DNA from: Raja brachyura
Taxonomy: Eukaryota
Length of the DNA: 64,000 nucleotides
Direction: 5' to 3'
Assembly: GCA_963514005.1 (NCBI GenBank)
Contig: OY740790.1
Location: 15,066,001 to 15,130,000, forward strand
The notes beneath the pieces were generated by a model. That model was not told the DNA's origin, ran no database searches, and worked only from the letters and a program-made list of their open reading frames with translations. A program made the position numbers and the translations under genes. This document shows, piece by piece, positions 54,652 through 64,000 of this stretch; position 1 is the first letter of the stretch, and each line of letters opens with the position of its first letter.

Positions 54652-54905
54652 TAGTTTAGTTTAGAGTTAGTGTGGAAACAGGCCCTTCAGCCCACCAAGT
54701 CTGTCCCAACCAGCAATCACACTGTATACTAGTTCTATCCTACACACTAGGGGCAATTTACAGAAGCCAATTAACTTAAAAACTTGCACGTATTTGGAGT
54801 TTGTGAGGAAACCGGATCACTCGGGGAGAACCCACGCGGTCACTGGGAGAGCGTACAAACTCTGTATACACAGCATCTGCAGTCAGATGGGTCTCTGGTG
54901 CTGCA
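54652..54905 (-). mobile_element. V-SINE (HE1-like), partial
   Basis: GGAAACAGGCCCTTCAGCCC tail with TTTAG repeats and central domain. Confidence 0.7.
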
Positions 54906-55902
54906 CTGCCCTTATGATTCTACTGCTTGGAGGCCGGGTCCTCAATGGTACCTAACTACAGGTGCTGGGTTCAGGTCGGATCAGGCCATCTGTGTTGTCT
55001 GATGAATCATTCAGGTTTGGGTCAGGTGGGACCGTGATGTGCTGGTCCAGTTCTATCATTTATGCAGGTCAGTATGATTCGCTTTGTATTATCGTAAGCA
55101 CATTGCTGTGAGATTATTATATTTGCAGCCATGGTGGGGTAGGATTGGGTATGAAAACAGTTACAAGTACTCCGGGTTGGATTGGTGAATTAGGGCTAGG
55201 TTTCATTTGCATTTTAATTTTACATCAGAGCAGATCTCAATGACAATCCCTCTTAGTTTGTATCAGATCCACATGCACTCCGCTTCTGAAAAACAGTGAT
55301 GAATGCAAATTAGAAAGTGATGGCCTCAGTGGAATTTCCAGGCCAACAAACTCCGTTAATTAATATTTGCTTTCTAAAGATCAAATTTTTGTCATTCATT
55401 TGCACGATTTACCATAAAACCCTCCCAGCTACACAATTAAGAAATAGTCTTTCGATTGCAACTTTGTCAAAGGCCTTGGTAAATATGAGAAGATGGGCAT
55501 ATCACATAATAACTAATGAAGGCCATTTGCGAATTACTTGCTTAAAGTCAAGGTGGTGGCTTCGGTGAGGTTTTCTCTTCCCAGATCCAGTTTAACTGCT
55601 GTTTGTGAAATACCTGATACTATTAGACGAATTAACAATGGGCATGACTGCCGGGAAAACTTTCCTGCTCTTTTTTAAAGCAGTGCAATGGAACATTTTC
55701 AATCCATTTCAAAGAGCAAATTGGTCCTGACTTCAGTTTAACGCCTTTTTCTCAAGAGGCTTGTACTAAATGCAGAATACCAAGGAAACAGATGAAAGGC
55801 AAACCTTTCAGGGGTAAGGAAGGTCCACTTCTGGTTAGCTACGATCTGTCAGCTATGATTGGTGGAACTTGGAACTTTCTCAAACAATCATCTATCCTAG
55901 GA

Positions 55903-56113
55903 AGACAAAAATGCTGGTGAAACGCAGCGGGTGAGGCAGCATCTATGGAGCTAAGGAATAGGTGACGTTTCGGGTCCAGACCCTTCTTCAGACTAGAAGG
56001 GTCTCAACCCGAAACAACACCTATTCCTTCATTCCATAGATGTTGCCTCACCCTCTGAGTTTCTCCAGCAATTTTGTCTGCCTTCGATTTTTCTAGCATC
56101 TGCAGTTCTTAAA
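55903..56113. mobile_element. Head-to-head inverted pair of Penelope pseudo-LTRs
   Basis: 55903-55994 is the reverse complement of ~55995-56079; typical inverted-pLTR structure of Penelope-like insertions. Confidence 0.75.
55961..55994 (-). ncRNA. Minimal hammerhead ribozyme motif in Penelope pLTR (best-preserved copy)
   Basis: Minus strand AGU-CUGAAGA-A-GGGUC-UG-GACCC-GAAAC-GUC-ACC: CUGANGA and GAAA cores, stem II, palindromic ACGU in place of stem III, GUC cleavage triplet. Confidence 0.6.
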
Positions 56114-56669
56114 CATCCTAGGTCAATTATGAAGTAGTTGAGTTGAGCATTGTCATGTGTACCGAGGTACAGTGAAAACCTCTTTTACCGTAACAAGAGA
56201 AATCTCCTCCACGGATTCCCCTCCCAACCCCATCCACAAACCTGGTGATCTCCTCCTAAACCCTCCTCAGAGTAGCAAGCACATCTCCATACATACCTTT
56301 CCTCTCCACATTGGCTCTAAGAATCCAATCTCAATTTCCCTATTTCCGGACGACGTCTTTCACCAGCTTTGTATCTGAATGCATGCTGTTAACATCTAGG
56401 ACGCTGAAGGAAAATATTTTGAACACGTTAGTTCCCAGCATTTTAGAGGTTTTTGATGATACCGGTTCATGCAACTATGTGTGTGACATAAGAAAATGCA
56501 CCAAATGTACATGCTTTGTATGCAGAGATAGTGATTATGATTTTTTACGAGTTTTCATGCCAAGAGTATTGGTCAAATTTCATAGAAAATTCTGAAATTT
56601 GTAAGTTTGACAATTCAAATATTTGGGGTATCCTTTCTATTGTGAATATTTAGATCAACATATCAGAGA

Positions 56670-59600
56670 CTTTATTATATTTACATTGGTTTATTAAATC
56701 TTTACAATCAGAACTAATCACAGTAATCAAATGCAGAAATATGTACAATGATCATATCTACAAAATTAACCAGATCCTTTTACATCACAGTTTACATTTT
56801 ACAGATGTCCATTTTATTTACAGGGTTTTCCTGTGGTGCATAACCCATTTATGTTATTGAAAGACATGGACTCAAGCATCCGCTGTGCAAATTCTACAGT
56901 CTGATTAACACAGAATGCCACAACCACAATGAAGGAACAGGTCCCAAAGTTAAATGTAATTTTAATTCAAATTAAAATCTCTCAGAAAAGAAAATACATA
57001 TCTATTTTTTTTAGTACTGTACTAAATTTCCCTTTCTTAAAAAAATAAGTTTTACATTTTGAATGCCTTGTTCGCGTATTTTTAATGTTGACATGAAACT
57101 GACATTTCTCGTGTGATTTTAAATCATGGTGATGTGAAAAAAATAAATCCAACACCACCAGATGGACTTCAAAATTAATGAGCTAATGAATATATATTTT
57201 CAACACAGCATCAGCCAATGAGTTGGAGGTGAATAGACCATATGACACAAAATAAGTCTATTGAACAGCAGGTTCTCACTAAACAGAGAATAAGGAACAA
57301 ACTTAACCAATGTCTCCCTGTTAAACCAAGATACTTTCTCTAGGAAACGTGCTCCAAATGAATGATTGTTTGACATAGGTTATATTTATTAAATCACTCA
57401 GTTAAAACAGTGTGGTCGCAAACCTTAAGTGACAGTGGAGTTGTCGGATAATCTTCACTTTGCCGAGATATAGTGTTATCATTAATTTGCAGCCTTAAAT
57501 AACAAAATTACCTGCCACTGTAAATCCAAATACAAAATAAAATATTGGAAATGCTCAGCAGCATTAGTTGAGAGACAGAAACAGTTGATATTATAAAAAG
57601 CTATGCTCAACTTTAAATATTAGTGGCTTTTTTTCCCCTCTATTAAGGTGTCGACTGACATGCCAGTAATTAGCTTTTAATTAATTAAGTTCTTTGGTTT
57701 GAAAGTTCAATAGAGCTCATATATGCCATGTAAAAGCCTGCAAAACAATTCTACACCCTTTGAAACTTTTGGTTGAGAATGGACATGTCAACATTGAGCT
57801 GTTTTGTAAATGTTCAGTCAATATGGTAAATCATCTGAAATATTATCATAGCCGTTGCACGCTCCCCATGCTGCACAAAACACAGGAACACATCGGCATA
57901 TTGCTTCACCATAAAGTCAAAAATTTGCAATGCAAAGGCAATAAAATTGCTTACTTATCTTCCCCTTCCATTAAAACAAAATACATTTTAGTTCCTAATT
58001 TTTTCAGTTAATGATTCAGCAATTTAATTATTGCAATTGCACTTGGAGTTATTCAATCTGGACCGTACAGAAATAGCTAACTTTTTTTTAAAAAATCACT
58101 TTCTAATAATCTTCTAATAATTGCAATATTTGGGTCAGCAAAGTAACAGCTAAGTGTACACCTGCAACATTCAGCAGCATATACGCAAAAGCTCTCTATA
58201 TTTGCAGGATACCTGCTCCAAATTATAGTGGAATTATGAAATTTAACAGGTTTCAAAATTTGTCATCAATCATAATGTTATATAATAATGAACAGTAATA
58301 TACAGCATTCTTAGACACTGAAATTATACACAAATGGTGGTTTATGGAGACCATCATCTGATACTGAAAAATAGTAACATAGAGATTTTCAACTCTGTGA
58401 AACAAGAACCCGGCTTTCAGAATGATCCATTGCAGTCTTATCTTTGAGAACTGCAGGAGCATTTCTTCACCCTGACAAAAGTACAATTTTTGAGTGATCA
58501 CGTATCTGATAGTGTGCGAATTAGGCTTATTAATGATTCATAAAGATGTGCATATTTTGCCATGTGCTAAGATGACTCCGTTCATAAATGATGCACATTG
58601 CCTATCCCCAGAAAATCTTAATGTACTCTACATGACAAAGCCACAACATTAAACATCAGAAAACAATGTTTGCCATATAGATGACATTCAATATTTTGAA
58701 CTGAACTCCAAATACTGCTAACTCTTAAAAATGTCAAACATTCTTTGAGTTTGGAAAAAAATGAGTAGCAGTTCAAAAGTGAACTCTAACATTTCGGGAT
58801 TTTCTACCAAATGTATTTGCTTTGCCCCAAAGTTTAACTGTTTGCAGAGGATTATAAAGGTTGTAGAGTACACTGAAGTACAAGGATTTACCAGAGTACT
58901 CTGTATCAGTAAAACAAATTTGTTAGAGAGGTGAAAATAGATCCATGAAACAACCGTGCACCTTTTTAAAACAGTAAATCAATATTTTCTTTCCTCTCTT
59001 CACACCTTGGTGGGGATACACCCTGCAAGTGCTCTCCAGTTACTAACCCTTTATCAAATAACTATTTCCTACTGGCATCCAGTCAGCGCCAGGTAGTCAA
59101 ATGACCATCAAACATCTGCGTGCCTTTGCTCAAACAAAAAGTCAATCCAGATACCTGATGGATCAATGCAGACGTTCTCCTCAAGAAACACTAACCTGAC
59201 GGACTTCCACATGGAGGAAGCACTCTAGCTGATGCTTCTTTTCCCTGGACTAGCGACGATGAAATCAACTGGTCTATTGCAACTGAACTTAACTGATTCG
59301 GCAACACAACTGAAATCTAGATTACACTACTCAGTAGCACACAAGACTGAACACTTATTAACCAAACTATGTTATCCAAAAACATAGTAAGAGAACAAGT
59401 AACACCAACTTCTATTTATATAGTAATTTTAACGCAAACCTATGTATATAGCGACTTTAAGACAGTAAAACATCGCAAGGCACTTAATGGGAGCACAAAT
59501 CGAACAATTACACATGTTCAGCAATTAATTGTTTCTAGATTTGGGATAGTGTTGCGTCACTATGAAGGGCATTTAAAGTGGTGCAAATGAACTACCTAAT

Positions 59601-60991
59601 CCACAGCACCGCATCCCACAGCTATTAGAATGGTAGAGCTATATGATAAATAATACTTAAGGAGTTCCATCAAATCAGATTGGAAAACAGTTTAAAATTC
59701 TATGGATCTACAAAATAATGCTTAAAGGAGGAAACATTCAACAGGTAAAACAGAGGAAAGTCTCTGACAGATAAATATTCCTGCAGATTGCACACTAATC
59801 CATAATGTTGTGACCGCCTGAAAAGGTTCACAGACATTAGGCAATTTTTGTTATACACTAGTATTGGGCTTCCCCAAACTACTGGTCTAAAATAATATTC
59901 CATTGCGTACTCTATGCCTTACACAATTCAATTAATTTTTTTATAAAACATAAAAATACTGTTGTTATAACTTTCATCCAAAATGATCTTAGAAATGATT
60001 GCTGTTTATAGTATTAACTAATGTAGAGCTGCTGCTAACCATAACCTTTTTACAAGATTAACCCTGTCATCTGAGATCAACGCTGTAACTGGACTTGGAT
60101 TCAGCAGCAGTTATTCAGTTAACAGCTATAGGGCAGAAATATCTAATAAGTGGACCAGATTTGAAATATCTGATATCCACAAAAGGGTCAAAATCAGTGC
60201 CCCTGCGGTGGACATTTGCTTGAATGCTGCATAGGTCGGCTGTTATCCCTGCAAAATATATAATGGAAGATAGCAAACTTGTAAAGGTTTAGGAGTGGGA
60301 TGAAGGTCAGAACAAAATAAAAATTAGTATGTAGTTATTCTTTTTTTTTTAACCACAAGTTCCAGTGTCTGACGACACTGGATTCCATTTGAGATAGTGC
60401 TGAAAACACTTCATAATAAATTTCATTGCTTCAAGCAGTTTTGTCAAGAATGATTTTGTCTGATGAAAAGCAAAAAATAGCTAAAATCATATTTCAGTAA
60501 TTATAGATATTTTAAAAATAAATTAAGCAGCCGTGTGTTTTAATCTGGCGATTGGCGGTCAGCTTGTAATCATACAGTGGATGAATGCTACAGAATTTTG
60601 TGGTTTTAAAACCTGCAGTAATACAATAAGATTAGTTTGCAACAGTGAAAGAGTGTGCGTGTGAATGGATGAGGAGGGAAAGGTAGAAAATAATGCGATG
60701 CAAGTTCTCTAAACCCTGGCACATTTCTCTCAGCCTGAGGTAAGCTGTTTCAGGAAAACCGTTTATCGGAGTGGCATCTTCAGATGAAACAGGTTGAAGA
60801 GATGGTCAGTAAATTGTATGCCCTTCTCCACATTTGAAGGTTGATACAAATCAAAGAGACAGATCGGCACATTCTTCCAATTGTTCAGGGAATGTCTCTG
60901 GGCGCAATTACACCCGGTTCACCTGGGGGGGGGGGGGGGGGGGGGGGGGAGGGGAAGAGGAAAATTGCATCGTACAAATGTATGACTGCGG
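56670..60991 (-). other. EDEM3: Probable EDEM3 3' UTR (~4.3 kb)
   Basis: AT-rich, TE-poor sequence after the stop; minus-strand AATAAA signals near 56690 and 56815. Confidence 0.45.
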
Positions 60992-61491
60992 TCATAGCTC
61001 ATCCTTATCCATCATTTCAAAGGCGTCTATCTCTTCCTTCCAGTCTGATAACAAGGAGTCTATTGTTCGAGCCTCTGTCTCTTGACTAATATTTGGACTG
61101 GACTCCTGCTCTACCTCATTATCAGTCTCTTCATTTTCCTGATCTGAACACCGAGCACTAGATTCCTGTTCATCTTCAAAGGTCCCTTGACAACCTGTCC
61201 TTTGCATGTCCTTGTCTTTGCCATCAACAGTATCCGAGGATGTGTCAGTGGGCGATTTCCTTGGGTTCTGATCAGAACCACTCAAAATATCCAAAATTTC
61301 ATTACGTAGTTGCATCTTTGCATCAGACATGATTGACTGACCACCGTTATCATTCACTGATTCGTCAGCTTTCCAACCACTTGGGATTTTAATATTCAGT
61401 GCTGCTTCTCTCTGACATTCATAAGTGGCCGAGCTTGGCTCCCTGGACTGCAAGACTTCTGAATTTCGTTCCGATTCTTCCATACCCGGAT
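60992..61491 (-). CDS. EDEM3: EDEM3 terminal coding exon (acidic tail, KDEL ER-retention signal)
   Basis: tttctag|AT CCG GGT ATG gives (D)PGMEE, like mammalian DPEME; ends IDSLLSDWKEEIDAFEMMDKDEL*, matching the EDEM3 C-terminus [23 protein letters not shown]. Upstream exons lie outside the window. Confidence 0.88.
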
Positions 61492-64000
61492 CTAGAAATC
61501 AAGTGTTAGAATATTTTTAAAGAGAAAACTGCATGGATAATTAGATTTGTTAACACAGATTTCCTCTGATCATTTGCAATTATGTGTAAAATTGTATTTA
61601 ATTGTTGTAAAGAGCTCTTCTTACATGACCAATCATTGCTATTCTAAACAATAGAGCAATGAATTTTCAAATGAATCAGGTACAGAATGATCATAACATT
61701 ATTTCTAGAAGATATTACAAATTACCAATGGCTTGTTCATAAACTGTATTTCATCTCAAAGCAACAGTTGACTTTTAACAACGTTATCGTCATCTGATTT
61801 TTACTATTTGGATGACAAACTTGAAATGACTTAGCAGGGCATGAAATGGATACGAGTCTTTCTCACGAGAATACAGGTGAAAACATCCAACTTCCAAATA
61901 ATAAACTTTATTATTCAGATAGAGGCAGATGTAGTGACTGTTACTTATGTAATGAAGGAATTGTTTCATAGCAAAAAAAACAGGAAGGAAATATTATTTC
62001 CAGATATTCCTGTGGCTTCAGTTTGTAGTTAATCGCAATTACAGTTCACACTTATTTCCTCTATAGTCATCGTAGCCAAGCTACAACCACTTTGATGTGG
62101 TTACCTCAACCGTGTCAAATGGACAATAGGTATCCTACGGTACGTTGTCTGCTAAGAGACTCCTGGGTCTTTGCATTGCCAAATTTCTTAACTCACCTAC
62201 TTTAGCTCATCTTTCCTCAAAACTTCTCCTTCAATGTGTTTCCACGCAGACCTACAACGCCATATCCATTGCCATTCCTTGATCAGAATATCTCCAGTTG
62301 TATCACTTTCCCATATTATCAATCACATTTCAGGCCATCTCATATTACCTCCTCAGAACTCCATTCATTTCAAACTATTTCCTTCCAACCGCTAACACCC
62401 GAACAAAAACTGTCCCCAAACTACATACACACACCACACCATTTTGCCACAAATAATGCCAGCATCAATGCATCCACAACCCCAGCACATCCTTCACTCT
62501 GTCTTCCAAGATTACATCAGGAGCCCATGGATTTATTATTCAACATTGTCGGTACCATCTGTCCCTGCCACTCCTCTCCTTTCCCTTGGTTCCCCTCACA
62601 CTACTGGCTTTTTCTTTTTCCCACAGATGCTACCTGCTGATTATTTCCAACATTTGCAGTGTTTTTTCTAGATTTACAGCATTTGTAGTTTTTTCTGCTC
62701 TTCAATTAATGTTAATGTCTCTCTACCATGGCCCAAACCCACATATTTCTCTTGTATCCCTTCCCCCCACCCAAACTATTTACCCCATGTCTGCCTTTAC
62801 CAGACTGTGTTTGGCAAATGACCAAACCAAACCCCTGGAGCCTTGATCCTGGTCCCAAATTGTTCACCAGTTCTGGCTCCCAAATTTGCTGATTATTGTT
62901 GATGGTTCTCCTAGGACACTGCCTCTCTACCCTTCAAACCTGTCTTCTTGTTAAAATCCTACCCTCAATTTCTCACTTGTTGAAAAATGCAGATCTGTAA
63001 ACCTTTCCTATTAAAAATGCTTGAATTTGGCATCACTTTCCAAACCTCCATCGTCCTACTTTGAGATTTCTTCCTCTTGGTTTTCTTGTCTGCTACTATA
63101 CCCGAACGTCTAGCTGCAGCCAGTGAATCTCTTGCAGTGCCTTCTCTTCCCCCTCCTAAACTGATACTGCTAGAATCATCACAGTCCAAACTGTATCATT
63201 TTCATTTAAATCAACAGCATGAATTTGAATGCTGGAATTAATTATTCATGTTCCCGACCTCCTATTTCCTACTCCTATGGACAAAAACGGAACAAGGTTT
63301 AAATATGTCTTGCTTGAGATGAGGATGGAGTGGATAGTGGCCCGATAGCTGTTATTACATACATTTGTGCATTTGCTTTCAAAATGATTTCCGTAGACAT
63401 CCAAAGGCATGGTCTAGTGTGATGCTTAACTTAAGTAATGGTGAACTTGAAAATAAACTACGTAATAATGTAATTCATAATTGTTTTACCTTTAATAATT
63501 GAGGCTGTTATTTTTGTCCATGTGCGGCAAAACCAAAATGCAACAGACTTGTTACAAAATGAATCATTCCATGCTTGATCTAATTATTCATGTGTACGTC
63601 TAATCACACACACACACTCTATGAATAATAATTCAGGATGCCGAGTTGCATCTGACCCATGAACATAAATGGCATTAGCTCACACTTTCCATCAGCAAAG
63701 TGGGGAAAGGCATTACCAACAGTGCTGTGCGCTCCACTTACTTGCCAGTACCCCACTCAGTTTGGATTCTTCCAAAGCAATTGGCTGCAGATCTATTACA
63801 ACCTTGGTCCAAATATGGACAAAGGAACTGAGTCCAGAGATGAGTTAAGATTAACAGTTCATCATACCAAGGCAGTAATTGGCTGAATGTGCTATCAAAG
63901 GCCCAGAGGAAAGCTGAAGTCAATGGTAACCAGGAGATAAACTTTCAGTTTTCTGCAGTTGAATCTAGCGTAAATGAAGATAGCTGGGATTGTCAAAGGC

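Noticed and set aside
59115-59213. Short minus-strand ORF (MWKSVRLVFLEE..) in the EDEM3 3' UTR
   Set aside because: About 34 aa, no recognisable homology or splice context.
60925-60949. Poly-G tract (similar G/C runs at 4981, 18506, 27757) as functional G-quadruplex or poly(C) element
   Set aside because: Homopolymer runs recur through the window, mostly in repeats, and their lengths are unreliable; no independent support.
62965-63189. 74-aa minus-strand ORF as an EDEM3 exon
   Set aside because: No resemblance to the EDEM3 PA-domain/penultimate exon and no convincing splice sites; probably intronic or decayed repeat.

Overview
Vertebrate genomic DNA, most likely a cartilaginous fish (skate/ray-type), inferred from HE1/V-SINE-like, CR1 and Penelope/Neptune-type repeats. 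Three host genes are present. (1) The 3' part of ABL2 (+): 8 coding exons, 512..9809, covering SH2 end, kinase and a long last exon. (2) A complete 6-exon TOR3A (-): 46747..34042, 367 aa, convergent with ABL2. (3) The terminal coding exon of EDEM3 (-): 61491..60992, ending KDEL. The rest is long UTRs, introns and a dense, often nested set of transposons. Most notable: an in-frame 288-nt exitron in the ABL2 last exon matching the human short C-terminal isoform; a 5.5-kb hAT-related (hATw-like, 7-bp TSD) transposon just upstream of TOR3A; a 900-bp ISL2EU-like element whose two inverted arms each carry a THAP exon; a four-element nest with readable TSDs; Penelope pseudo-LTRs carrying minimal hammerhead ribozyme cores; and Passport-like Tc1 elements. 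Gene and family assignments come from recognised motifs, not database searches.
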